From NCBI GenBank assembly GCA_965223335.1, contig OZ244991.1:95231-159230 (forward strand): DNA of 64,000 bases, written 5' to 3'. The notes below the pieces were generated by a model that saw only the letters and a program-made list of their open reading frames with translations, had not been told where the DNA came from and made no database searches. Below are positions 1 to 9,021 of the stretch, piece by piece; position 1 is the first letter of the stretch, and each line of letters opens with the position of its first letter. A program made the translations under genes and the position numbers. Source of the stretch: Thermodesulfobacteriota bacterium (lineage in GTDB: Bacteria > Desulfobacterota_D > UBA1144 > Nemesobacterales > UBA2774).

Positions 1-362
1 CTTTGCAGTATTTTCTGTTTCGCGTTCTGAATAGCGATTCTAGTGAAGTCCGGGCTTATTTTTACACCGATCTGATCCCCCATCTCAGCATCGGGATCAA
101 GCTCTACCGCTTCGTCCATGGTGATCTCCATATCCGGATCCTCTATATCCTCCACCACGGTTTTAAACTCAAACAGCTCCACCTCACCGTCTTCGTCATT
201 AAAGTGGACCTCAAGTTCTTTATCTTTATCAACCATTCGAAAGAGTTTTTGGGCCGCGGACAGTACCGCCTCTTCAACCGCAGTAACAATCTCATCCCTC
301 TCTATCCCCTTGTCCTTGCATACTGAATCCATTACACGGCTTAGTTCGGTTACTACAACCAT
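1..362 (-). CDS. nusA: Transcription termination/antitermination factor NusA, N-terminal part (runs off the window)
   Basis: Manual translation from ATG 362: MVVVTELSRVMDSVCKDKGIERDEIVTAVEEAVLSAAQK...AVELDPDAEMGDQIG...DFTRIAIQNAKQKILQ. Lies directly downstream of rimP. Not in the ORF track. Confidence 0.95.
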   Translation of the reverse strand, partial: MVVVTELSRVMDSVCKDKGIERDEIVTAVEEAVLSAAQKLFRMVDKDKELEVHFNDEDGEVELFEFKTVVEDIEDPDMEITMDEAVELDPDAEMGDQIGVKISPDFTRIAIQNAKQKILQ

Positions 363-373
363 TTATGCCCCCT

Positions 374-841
374 CTAAAACTCCAGTTCTAAATTAGCTTT
401 TTCCACATTCTCAAGTGGAATATCATATATGTGGTCGTCGGTCTCAACTGTAATAATGTTGTTCTCGAAGCCTACCAACTCGCCGACAAAAATCTTATTA
501 TTTTCAATAGGTTCTGTGGTTTTCACCTTTACCAAACGCCCTATGTACTTAACGTAATCCCCGGCCCCTCTAAGCGGCCTCGTAAGCCCGGGCGATGACA
601 CCTCAAGAGTGTAGGTGCCCGGGATAATGTCGTGTATGTCGAGCAGGTTGCCAATCTCTCTACTCACACTCGCACAGTCGTCAATTGTGACCCCTTTGGG
701 CTTGTCTATATATATTCTAAGCACTCTATGTCTGCCCTTGCCCTTGAACTCTATATCAAACAGCTCCAAGCCGTTTTCCACAAGTATCGGATCCAAAAGC
801 TCCTGCACGTCCAGTCTCAAACTATCTGTAGCCGGGTTCAT
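374..841 (-). CDS. rimP: Ribosome maturation factor RimP
   Basis: LRIYIDKPKGVTIDDC and YTLEVSSPGLTRPL motifs; rimP-nusA synteny. ATG at 841 chosen; the ORF extends to 847. Confidence 0.95.
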   Translation of the reverse strand: MNPATDSLRLDVQELLDPILVENGLELFDIEFKGKGRHRVLRIYIDKPKGVTIDDCASVSREIGNLLDIHDIIPGTYTLEVSSPGLTRPLRGAGDYVKYIGRLVKVKTTEPIENNKIFVGELVGFENNIITVETDDHIYDIPLENVEKANLELEF

Positions 842-872
842 AAGCAATTTACGAAATGCTTAATAAATAGAA

Positions 873-895
873 AAAGCGGGTAAAATACCCGCTTT
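873..895 (-). promoter_or_regulatory. rimP leader hairpin (attenuator-like)
   Basis: Perfect inverted repeat AAAGCGGGTA-AAA-TACCCGCTTT about 30-50 nt upstream of rimP, followed by a T-rich tract on the minus strand. A leader hairpin is known upstream of rimP-nusA operons. Confidence 0.7.
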
Positions 896-1050
896 CGCAA
901 TTAACAATGTACCAGATCAATGACCCGACATCAAGTTGGTGAATCATTCCAGCATTGGATTTAATCTAAATAAATGATTATGTTTTCAGTCGAATCATCT
1001 ATCCAAATACTGTAAACTTAGCCTGTTGTTTATGTGCCCGGAGCAACCAT

Positions 1051-1554
1051 ATGAACCTTCTAAATAAAATGATTCGAGCAGCATCACTCGACTTCCTATT
1101 GTACGTAGAGGTAGAGAACGACCCGGGGGCTACAAGGGAGGCGTTGCTCGTGGTCCTAATCGCGGGGCTTAGCAACGGGATAGGTGTAATGGGAGTGCTC
1201 GGGACCGAAGGCATACTGGGCGGGTTTGTGACCGAAATAGTGGGCTGGGTAATTTGGAGCGTGTCTATATTTCTTATAGGTCTCGGTGTATTCGGCAGAA
1301 AAGTAGATATGGAAGAGATATTCAGGTGCCTGGGTTTTGCGTATTCCGCTGGGGCTCTTAGTGTACTCGGGCTGATCCCATACGGTATAGGTCTCTATAT
1401 CAGAATTATCATCATCCCTCTTTGGATAGCACTCTCACTCATAGTCGCCACCCGTCAGGCATTTGAGTTCGAGACCTCTCGGGCAATTTTTGTGGTTATA
1501 TTGGCTGCAATACCGTTTTGGCTATTTAAACTCCTTCTGCCGTTTATACTTTAG
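1051..1554 (+). CDS. Yip1-family membrane protein
   Basis: About five hydrophobic helices; YVEVENDPGATREALLVV, FRCLGFAYS and ATRQAFEFETSRA patterns; GGAG Shine-Dalgarno. Confidence 0.7.
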   Translation: MNLLNKMIRAASLDFLLYVEVENDPGATREALLVVLIAGLSNGIGVMGVLGTEGILGGFVTEIVGWVIWSVSIFLIGLGVFGRKVDMEEIFRCLGFAYSAGALSVLGLIPYGIGLYIRIIIIPLWIALSLIVATRQAFEFETSRAIFVVILAAIPFWLFKLLLPFIL

Positions 1555-3622
1555 CAGCTGCTTTCCGAATATCCCTTTGGAATGATCTAAGCATTTCGGC
1601 CAGAACCGATAGCTCACCCTCATCGTAGCTCTCACCGAATCTCATATCCAAATACTGTTTTGTGAGCGGGTAGATAGAGCTTAGCTGCTCGCCACCCTCT
1701 TTTACCAGATAGTTGCTAAATTCCGTAGGGGTCATATTAATAGGCTTTTCGTAACCCTTTTTAGCAGAGAATTTAAGAGCCCTCATATACATGGCGGTGG
1801 CCCTGTTTTTGGCCCTATTGCCACCACGCGGCAAAAGCCCGCTTAACTCGGGGCGGTTGATTACAAACCAAGCGCCGGCTATCAACAGCGCAATAACAAA
1901 AAGCCATTTTTTATGCCGCTTCAGATCCCCTATTGCCGATGTGCTTAACTTTTTCTTCTGCCACCCAATGTTATCTTTTACTCCCGAGAATATCCGTATC
2001 TGATCCCGCTGGCTGAAATCCACAATGTATCGGTTCCACCTGTATCTGAGATAATCTAGGTAGGCCGCCATATAGCCCTGCTCCCCCCTCTCTCCTATTG
2101 CAAGCCCCTCGGGGGTTGCATCGAATATAACCCAGCCGTGTCCGGGGAAATAGGCCTCGGCCCACGAATGAGCGTTACTCTCCCTGACCAAAAAAAACTC
2201 GCCCAGGCGGTTCCACTCGGCACCGAGAAACCCGTTTACAAGCCTGGCCGGCACCCCGGCCTCGCGAAGCATCACAACCATAGCACTGGCAAAGTATTCA
2301 CAGTGCCCCTCCTTTACCCTAAACAAAAAGTCCTCGAGAGGATATATACCCTCCGTGCCCTCGAGCGTCCTGGTGTACTTGTAGTTTGTCAACAAATGCC
2401 GTTTAATCGAAACCGCTTTATCATACGGTGTCACGTCATTGGCTGTAATGCTATCCACAAGTGTATTTACCTCATTGCTCATCTCAGGCAGGTCCAGGTA
2501 CTTAGAACTTATCTCTTTTGGGTATTGGTTGGGTGTGTGGCGCAGATCATCGGGTGCTGGAGTGTCCAGATCGGAATAGGCGGTGTATTTAATCCTAGTT
2601 GCAAGACCCATGGCAAGCATATACGAGTCGTTTGCCTCTGCGATCCTGCCCCCGGGGACGTGTTTAAAGGCATAAGGGGTGTTAGCGGCAAACAAGACAT
2701 CTGTATCGAGCTGCTGCGTTACTATCTCCTGCTCCGATAAAAGGGAGTTTGTCTCAACGGGCCTGATAACACCGTCTTTTCCGAACTGGTGGAACTCATA
2801 ACCGCTGTTTCTAATGTTCCATGACTTGCCGTCAAAATGATCGAGCGCTATTCCCCTCCAATAAAGGGCCGCAGGGTCCAGGTCCTCACCGTTACGGTTA
2901 ATGAATTTCACACTCATAACCGGTGAGCCGTCAAGCTTGATTTCCCCTACACTGCCCAGATTCACACTGTCCGAGAACCCGCTGCGAAGCGCCTCTGCCC
3001 TGAGAAAATTAGTGGCAAACACCCCGCTTCGTAGCCTCGGCACAGACACAAAGATAAGCGCCGAGAACACAAATATGCAGAAGCTTATCAACACAGTAGT
3101 GCTCAGAAAAAGGGGTGTAACCACCTTGGGCTCGTTACGATCGGTGTGGCCAGCTTCCCTGGCCTCATTATTAATCGTAAAAACAATAATTGCCCATGTG
3201 AACACCGCCACATAAAGCACAAATGCCAGAGCATAGTTAAAATTAACCGTAAGCACAGATCCCGCTAGGAACTGGAAGAAGCTCAGCACGTAGATCTGCA
3301 CTATATCCCTGCTTTGCTTACGCCCCAGCAGTTTTATGATCTGTGTGAAAATCAAAAAATTTAGTATGCCCGCCAAGAGCTCTGACCCGAGCAATAAAAC
3401 GTCAGATATTACATACACCACTAAAACCAGCGCAAACACCGTCGATAACGCGGTGCTTATGTAATAACCGGCTTTGTTGATCTCGTTATAGAAGCTGAAA
3501 GCTATAGCTGCGGTGAAAAACAAAGCAGTCAGAGCGCCCACCTGGCCCGTGAGCAGGAGAGATACGAATCCCACTAATGCTATAAGGTGTGTGAATAGGA
3601 CAAGAGCCCTCGATACCCTCAT
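1544..3622 (-). CDS. Membrane-anchored transglutaminase-like protein (DUF3488/TgpA type, probable C-terminal DUF4129)
   Basis: Multi-TM N-terminus; LYWRG, GHCEYFAS (catalytic Cys), AHSWAEAY and FDATP (Cys-His-Asp triad). Confidence 0.85.
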   Translation of the reverse strand: MRVSRALVLFTHLIALVGFVSLLLTGQVGALTALFFTAAIAFSFYNEINKAGYYISTALSTVFALVLVVYVISDVLLLGSELLAGILNFLIFTQIIKLLGRKQSRDIVQIYVLSFFQFLAGSVLTVNFNYALAFVLYVAVFTWAIIVFTINNEAREAGHTDRNEPKVVTPLFLSTTVLISFCIFVFSALIFVSVPRLRSGVFATNFLRAEALRSGFSDSVNLGSVGEIKLDGSPVMSVKFINRNGEDLDPAALYWRGIALDHFDGKSWNIRNSGYEFHQFGKDGVIRPVETNSLLSEQEIVTQQLDTDVLFAANTPYAFKHVPGGRIAEANDSYMLAMGLATRIKYTAYSDLDTPAPDDLRHTPNQYPKEISSKYLDLPEMSNEVNTLVDSITANDVTPYDKAVSIKRHLLTNYKYTRTLEGTEGIYPLEDFLFRVKEGHCEYFASAMVVMLREAGVPARLVNGFLGAEWNRLGEFFLVRESNAHSWAEAYFPGHGWVIFDATPEGLAIGERGEQGYMAAYLDYLRYRWNRYIVDFSQRDQIRIFSGVKDNIGWQKKKLSTSAIGDLKRHKKWLFVIALLIAGAWFVINRPELSGLLPRGGNRAKNRATAMYMRALKFSAKKGYEKPINMTPTEFSNYLVKEGGEQLSSIYPLTKQYLDMRFGESYDEGELSVLAEMLRSFQRDIRKAAAKV

Positions 3623-5628
3623 TTTTCTTCACTCATATACTCGGCCTCGATCTCCCGAAGCCTCTTTATCTTATTCCTGGTCCTGGCCGCATCCTCAAAA
3701 TCAAGGTTGTTCGCCTGCTCCTGCATCTCGTTGGTCAGACTGAGTATGGTGGACGGTATTTTTTCGGGCGGTATCTTATACATCTGATCCTCAGAGTCCT
3801 TCGGTACCGTTAAATAATCCGCTTCGTATATATTTGTAAGTATATCACTTATTCCCTTTTCGATGCTCCTAGGCGTGATGTTGTTCTCACGGTTGTAGTG
3901 CTCTTGGATCTCTCTTCGGCGTGTGGTCTCTTCCATAGCACTTCGCATCGACGAAGTAACCCGGTCGGCGTATAGAATCACCCTGCCCTCGCGGTGCCTA
4001 GCGGCCCTCCCAAACACCTGAATGAGCGAAGTCTCCGAGCGTAGGTAACCCTCTTTATCCGCGTCCATTACCGCTACCAGTGCCACCTCTGGTATGTCCA
4101 GCCCCTCTCTAAGCAAGTTTATTCCCACAAGCACATCGAACTTCCCAAGTCTCAGGTCGCGCACGATCCTGATCCTCTCTAGCGTGTCTATGTCGGAATG
4201 CAGATACCTGATCGCAAGCCCAAGCTCCCTGTAATACTCGGTCAGGTCCTCAGCCATTCGCTTTGTGAGTGTGGTTACCAATACTCTGTCACCCCTACCG
4301 ATCACCTCTCTGATCTCGTCCAACAGGTCGTCCACCTGGTTCTCAGCGGGCCTTAACTCCACCTCGGGGTCTGCAAGACCCGTGGGGCGGATGATCTGCT
4401 CGACAATCTCCCCGCCCGTAGAGTCGAGTTCATGCGGCCCGGGAGTTGCGGAAACATAGATAACCTGTGTGACCCTCTCTTTAAACTCCTCAAAGTTAAG
4501 CGGGCGGTTGTCGAGTGCAGACGGGAGCCTAAAACCGTTTTCAACCAGTGTGAGCTTCCTGCTTCGGTCCCCTATGTACATGCCCCTTATCTGCGGAACG
4601 GTCTGGTGACTCTCGTCGATTATAAACAGCATGTCGTCGGGAAAGTAGTTTATTATTGTCCATGGCGGCTCACCCGGTCTCCGGCCCGATATATGACGCG
4701 AATAATTCTCTATCCCCGGGCAAAAGCCCATGGTCTCTAACAGCTCTATATCGTAATTTGTCCTCTCCCGAAGCCTCTTTCTCTCAAGCTCCATCCCCTC
4801 TCGTTTGAGATAGGCTTGGTGGTGCTCAAGCTCTTTTTTTATACCTTCGATCGCCGCTTCCATCTTATCCTCGGGTGCCACATAGTGTGTACCCGGATAG
4901 ATTATGCACCTGCTTATGCTCTTTATGCTTCTGCCCGACCCGGGGTCAAACTCCTTTATCGAATCAACTTCGTCCCCAAAAAACTCTATCCTAAGTGCAA
5001 CCTTCTCCTGGTGCGAGGGGAAAACCTCTACAACGTCTCCCCGCACCCTATAGCTGCCTCGAGTTAAAGAGCTATTTGTCCTTAGGTACTGTACAGCGGT
5101 CAGGTTCTTTGTAAGTGTGTCACGGGTAAGATGTTTGCCCACTTCCACTATTGTGAGCATCCCAAAGTAGTCCTCGGGGGCACCTATCCCGTATATGGCC
5201 GACACACTGGCGACAATGATAATGTCACGCCTCTCAAAGAGCGACGAGGTGGCGGCATGACGCATTCTGTCGATGTGCTCGTTTATAGATGCGTCTTTCT
5301 CTATGAATGTGTCGGTTTCGGGGATGTAGGCCTCGGGCTGGTAGTAGTCATAGTAGCTCACAAAGTAATGGACCCCGTTGTGGGGAAAGAGCTCGAGCAG
5401 CTCGCCATAGAGCTGGGCGGCCAGGGTTTTGTTGTGAGCAATTATAAGTGTGGGTTTTTTAACCTGTTCGATCACATTGGCTACTGTAAAGGTCTTACCG
5501 CTGCCCGTAACTCCCAGCAGCACCTGCTCCCTCTTGCCCGATTCCACGCCCCGAACTAGCTCTTTGATCGCAGCGGGCTGGTCGCCCTTTGGGGATATAT
5601 CCGAAATAAGCTCAAAGCTTTTAGACAC
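3619..5628 (-). CDS. uvrB: Excinuclease ABC subunit B
   Basis: GVTGSGKT, YFVSYYDYYQPEAY, DESH and GINLLREGLD motifs, C-terminal UVR domain; GTG start. Confidence 0.98.
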   Translation of the reverse strand: MSKSFELISDISPKGDQPAAIKELVRGVESGKREQVLLGVTGSGKTFTVANVIEQVKKPTLIIAHNKTLAAQLYGELLELFPHNGVHYFVSYYDYYQPEAYIPETDTFIEKDASINEHIDRMRHAATSSLFERRDIIIVASVSAIYGIGAPEDYFGMLTIVEVGKHLTRDTLTKNLTAVQYLRTNSSLTRGSYRVRGDVVEVFPSHQEKVALRIEFFGDEVDSIKEFDPGSGRSIKSISRCIIYPGTHYVAPEDKMEAAIEGIKKELEHHQAYLKREGMELERKRLRERTNYDIELLETMGFCPGIENYSRHISGRRPGEPPWTIINYFPDDMLFIIDESHQTVPQIRGMYIGDRSRKLTLVENGFRLPSALDNRPLNFEEFKERVTQVIYVSATPGPHELDSTGGEIVEQIIRPTGLADPEVELRPAENQVDDLLDEIREVIGRGDRVLVTTLTKRMAEDLTEYYRELGLAIRYLHSDIDTLERIRIVRDLRLGKFDVLVGINLLREGLDIPEVALVAVMDADKEGYLRSETSLIQVFGRAARHREGRVILYADRVTSSMRSAMEETTRRREIQEHYNRENNITPRSIEKGISDILTNIYEADYLTVPKDSEDQMYKIPPEKIPSTILSLTNEMQEQANNLDFEDAARTRNKIKRLREIEAEYMSEEK

Positions 5629-5732
5629 GATTAATCTATAAGTTTAAAGGCTCATAACCCTAGTGTAAACCGGTAAAGTCTCTGGTCCAGGGGGGGAGGG
5701 TATTTCCAATGAGTTTCTTAATATGGGAGCGG

Positions 5733-6170
5733 TTAGTGAGCACCAAGCGGTTTAGGAGAGTGCCCGCGCATATAGCCCGCTTTTATGGAATGGAGCTTTT
5801 GTCGCTGCTCGGGGTCGAGCACCTCTTTTATATTAAGAAACATCTCTACCTTAGAGCGGGTTAGTTGAGATCTTATCATCTCAACCTCATCTGTAAGACG
5901 CATAATAGTGTCACGGCTTACCTCGGGATTGCGAAGTGCTTTGCTGAGCTCTGTTTCTTTAGCGTTAAGTGTGTAGTTGAGTTTGCGGATCCTCTGTTTC
6001 TCCGACCTGAATATCCGTTCAATTCGATTTATCTGACCCGCGGTTAGCTCAAGCTCTTTAACGATCTTTGGGTCTTTCCACCACTTAAACTTCATAGGTG
6101 AATCCCCAAAAGCAGTGCCGCTAAAAACACACAGTATAACCGTTACTAGAAGTAGCAATGACAACCTCAA
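5733..6170 (-). CDS. Periplasmic Spy/CpxP/ZraP-like helical protein
   Basis: Signal peptide; WWKDPKIVKELELTAGQ and VLDPEQRQKL (LTxxQ-like) motifs; coupled to the anti-sigma gene. Confidence 0.75.
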   Translation of the reverse strand: MRLSLLLLVTVILCVFSGTAFGDSPMKFKWWKDPKIVKELELTAGQINRIERIFRSEKQRIRKLNYTLNAKETELSKALRNPEVSRDTIMRLTDEVEMIRSQLTRSKVEMFLNIKEVLDPEQRQKLHSIKAGYMRGHSPKPLGAH

Positions 6171-6664
6171 TTCGCAGTACCCCCGTTACTCCCGTTATAG
6201 CTCTCCCAGGGCCCGTATATGGCAAGGAGCGAGGCCGTATCTCTGGCCAATGATTCATCTACCTCAGACATAAGCAGCTCGTCTTCTCTGTCCAGTTCGG
6301 AAATCTGCAAGTTTGGGCTATCGGTTCTAAGTACGCTAAACGTTATTATGGTCAAAAACAGCATGGCGGTTAGAGCTGCCGGGATTGCCCAAGACTGTTT
6401 AAAATCCTCGAAAATCCCGAACCATCCCTTGGACTCACTCTGCTCCGCCTCCTCAACCTTGAGCCAGAAAGCATTAATGTAATCTTCGCTGGGCACTACC
6501 TCGGGGGCGTGGTCGAGCACTGCCCATAGTGAGTCTGATCTCTGAATAAACTCTGCGCAGTCCCCACACGTTTGGGTGTGTTCTAGCAGAGTGGCGGCCT
6601 CGGGGTTCTCAAGGTCCCCTGCGCTCAGTGCAACAATCAGTTCCTTCGCTTCTTTACATTCCAT
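6167..6664 (-). CDS. Zinc-binding (ZAS/zf-HC2) transmembrane anti-sigma factor
   Basis: MEC...HTQTCGDC (HxxxCxxC), one TM helix; overlaps the ECF sigma gene. The ORF extends to 6673. Confidence 0.85.
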   Translation of the reverse strand: MECKEAKELIVALSAGDLENPEAATLLEHTQTCGDCAEFIQRSDSLWAVLDHAPEVVPSEDYINAFWLKVEEAEQSESKGWFGIFEDFKQSWAIPAALTAMLFLTIITFSVLRTDSPNLQISELDREDELLMSEVDESLARDTASLLAIYGPWESYNGSNGGTAN

Positions 6665-7229
6665 ATTTCTCACTCTCTATTAAATGAGGCTCAAGGAGTG
6701 TAATCAGTTTCATTCTCCCGCGGTGTACATAAGACTTCACCGCACCCACGCTACACCCTATTACCTCTGCAACCTCTTCGTACGAAAACCCCTCGTATTT
6801 ACACAGCATGATAGCAATTTTTTCCCTCTCTGGCAAAGACTCAAGCGCACTCATCACAGCTTCTTTGATCTCCTTCCTATATAGCATCTCATCGGCCTTG
6901 GGATCTTTACTCTCATCGACATCACCTGTGTTTGCATCGGGGTCGTCCAAACTCACACCCCCCTTCTTTTGCCTCGACACATAGGTTAGACACACGTTTG
7001 AAGCAATCTTATAGAGCCATGTGGTAAATTTGGCTTCCGGCTTGTATTTCTCACGAGAGCGGTAAACACGTAAAAAAACCTCTTGGGCTAGATCCTCCGA
7101 TGTCTCCAGTGCCCTGGTAAATCGATATGCAAAATTCACCACACCCTTATAATGCCTCCTCATTAATTCACTGAATGCACCGTCGTCACCTGACTTGGCC
7201 CTCAGCATAAGCTCTATATCGCTTTCCAT
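6654..7229 (-). CDS. ECF-family RNA polymerase sigma factor
   Basis: Region 2 (EDLAQEVFLRVY, FTTWLYKIASN) and region 4 (FSYEEVAEVIGCSVGAVKSYVHRGR). Confidence 0.95.
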   Translation of the reverse strand: MESDIELMLRAKSGDDGAFSELMRRHYKGVVNFAYRFTRALETSEDLAQEVFLRVYRSREKYKPEAKFTTWLYKIASNVCLTYVSRQKKGGVSLDDPDANTGDVDESKDPKADEMLYRKEIKEAVMSALESLPEREKIAIMLCKYEGFSYEEVAEVIGCSVGAVKSYVHRGRMKLITLLEPHLIESEKYGM

Positions 7230-7257
7230 GGGTACGCTAATCCAGCATCATATATTA

Positions 7258-7285
7258 TTAACCATTGTACAGATAAAAAAGTTGC
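7258..7285 (-). promoter_or_regulatory. Candidate ECF autoregulatory promoter
   Basis: Minus strand GCAAC-TTTTTTATCTGTACAAT-GGTTAA about 30 nt upstream of the ECF start. An AAC -35 with a T tract and a GT-containing -10 is typical of ECF promoters. Confidence 0.45.
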
Positions 7286-7459
7286 GTCTGCACACAACTT
7301 ACCTATTATTGCAAAGAGTTTTGCCTCTACAAAGTAAAGATATTGCTTTCTTGCGACTCGTATTGATACGGTAGAATTTTTAGGGGCAATGTATTTCCCC
7401 TGTCAATTGATGCTCTCAAGTTTATGACTTTTGTGTGAATTCCTGGCAAACGTGCAGAT

Positions 7460-8032
7460 CTACTTTTTCTTGACCCTTTCCAGATACTCGCCGATCCTTG
7501 TATCCACTTTGATCAGGTCGCCTATGTCGATGAAAAGCGGCACCTGTATTGTAGCCCCGCTTTCCAGCTTTGCCGGTTTTGTACTGCCCGACACCGTATC
7601 GCCTTTTACGCCCGGCTCGGTATCTGCTACGTGGAGTTCTACGGCAGTGGGCAGCTCCACACCCATGGGCTCGTCGTTATAGTAAAGTATATGAACCTCT
7701 TGCTGCTCTTTTAGAAATTTCGATGCCTCCCCTACCTGCTCAGGGCTAAAGCTGTATTGATCGTAAGTATCCAGGTCCATAAAGTGATACCCAATGTCGT
7801 CGCTGTAGAGGAACTGCATGAGCTTTCTCTCCATATCGGGCACATTAAATGTGTCACCCGAGCGAAAGTTTTTTTCCTGCACCGCCCCAGTCACGACGTT
7901 TCTGATCTTGGTCTTCATCACGGCACTTCTCTGCGCCATCTTTGAGTGATGATATTCGATTATCTCCCAGATCCCGCCGTCGTACTCTATCTTAAGCCCT
8001 TTATGGAAATGGTTAGTCTCAACTACACCCAT
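7460..8032 (-). CDS. efp: Elongation factor P (non-canonical loop KMAQR)
   Basis: MQFLY, TEPGVKGDTVSG, KPAKLESG and VPLFI..GDLIKVDTR motifs; GGAGG Shine-Dalgarno. Confidence 0.95.
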   Translation of the reverse strand: MGVVETNHFHKGLKIEYDGGIWEIIEYHHSKMAQRSAVMKTKIRNVVTGAVQEKNFRSGDTFNVPDMERKLMQFLYSDDIGYHFMDLDTYDQYSFSPEQVGEASKFLKEQQEVHILYYNDEPMGVELPTAVELHVADTEPGVKGDTVSGSTKPAKLESGATIQVPLFIDIGDLIKVDTRIGEYLERVKKK

Positions 8033-8134
8033 GTGGCTACCTCCCTTTCGGTCCTGTCTCTATAATATACCTTACCAGATTTCGCTTCAATTAACCGATG
8101 CCATTTCTTGACAATTCGTATATTTGTATTCGAT

Positions 8135-8335
8135 TTACATCAGGTAGTTCTTTGATGAGTTTGAGGGCTCAGTGTCCTCGACACTATCCGCGTAGTCATC
8201 CTCGTCTGCTACGCGGTAATCCTCAGAAGCCCACGCCCCCAGATCCACCAGCTTACACCTCTCCGAGCAAAAGGGCCTCCATGGGTTTCCTTCCCATTTA
8301 ACAGTCTTCTTACAATTCGGACACTTTACCTGCAT
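8135..8335 (-). CDS. yacG: DNA gyrase inhibitor YacG
   Basis: CPNC...[21 protein letters not shown] with an acidic tail. Confidence 0.93.
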   Translation of the reverse strand: MQVKCPNCKKTVKWEGNPWRPFCSERCKLVDLGAWASEDYRVADEDDYADSVEDTEPSNSSKNYLM

Positions 8336-8413
8336 ACCAAACGACCTTATACAATAGACGCTAAATAATCAAGCTCTATATCTCAATACATGCTGGTTGG
8401 TGGGCTCGGGTTA

Positions 8414-9019
8414 TTATTTGGCAGTTTCTTTTATATTGGACTTGTTTTTTTCTTGGTAGCTTGCCTCTACCCACTCGCAGATGATATGTGCAAGCGTGAT
8501 GTGAAGCTCCTGGACTCTGGGGGTCGATTTTGACGGGATGCTGAGTATACAGTCCGCGATCTCATCCAACTTACTCGTATCGCTGCCCGCAAACACTAGG
8601 GTACTTAGCCCTGCCGATTTAGCTGCTTTTAGCCCGTTTATCACGTTAGCCGATTTGCCGCTGGTTGTAAGTCCTATGGCAATGTCGTTCTTATGTCCCA
8701 GTGCCTCGATCTGCCTCGAGAACACTTTGTTAAACGAGCTGTCGTTGGCCACAGAGGTGAGTACAGAGCTATCGGCTGTGAGTGCTACAGCCGGGAGTGC
8801 CGTCCTTTTTTTAGTGCATCGGTTCACAAATTCCGCGGCAATATGCTGCGCATCCGCGGCACTCCCCCCGTTACCGAATAAAAGGAGCTTTCCGCCCGAG
8901 CGTAATGTTTTTTGAATTAGTACAGTCGCCGCTTCCAGGTCTTCAAGTGATTCTTTCGCAAATTTAAGCTTGAGCTCGGCACTCTCTCTAAGCTTGGATA
9001 TCATCTGTTCCTTCATCAT
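8414..9019 (-). CDS. gmhA: Phosphoheptose isomerase
   Basis: GNGGSAADAQHIAAEF, TSGKSANV and TPRVQELH motifs. Confidence 0.93.
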   Translation of the reverse strand: MMKEQMISKLRESAELKLKFAKESLEDLEAATVLIQKTLRSGGKLLLFGNGGSAADAQHIAAEFVNRCTKKRTALPAVALTADSSVLTSVANDSSFNKVFSRQIEALGHKNDIAIGLTTSGKSANVINGLKAAKSAGLSTLVFAGSDTSKLDEIADCILSIPSKSTPRVQELHITLAHIICEWVEASYQEKNKSNIKETAK

Positions 9020-9021
9020 TA

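Noticed and set aside
3-396. Plus-strand ORFs 3..326 and 118..396
   Set aside because: Antisense shadows of nusA, which is clearly readable on the minus strand.
7310-7326. Sigma-54-like AGGCAAAACTCTTTGCA on the minus strand upstream of the ECF gene
   Set aside because: The GG-to-GC spacing is 11 nt rather than the required 10.
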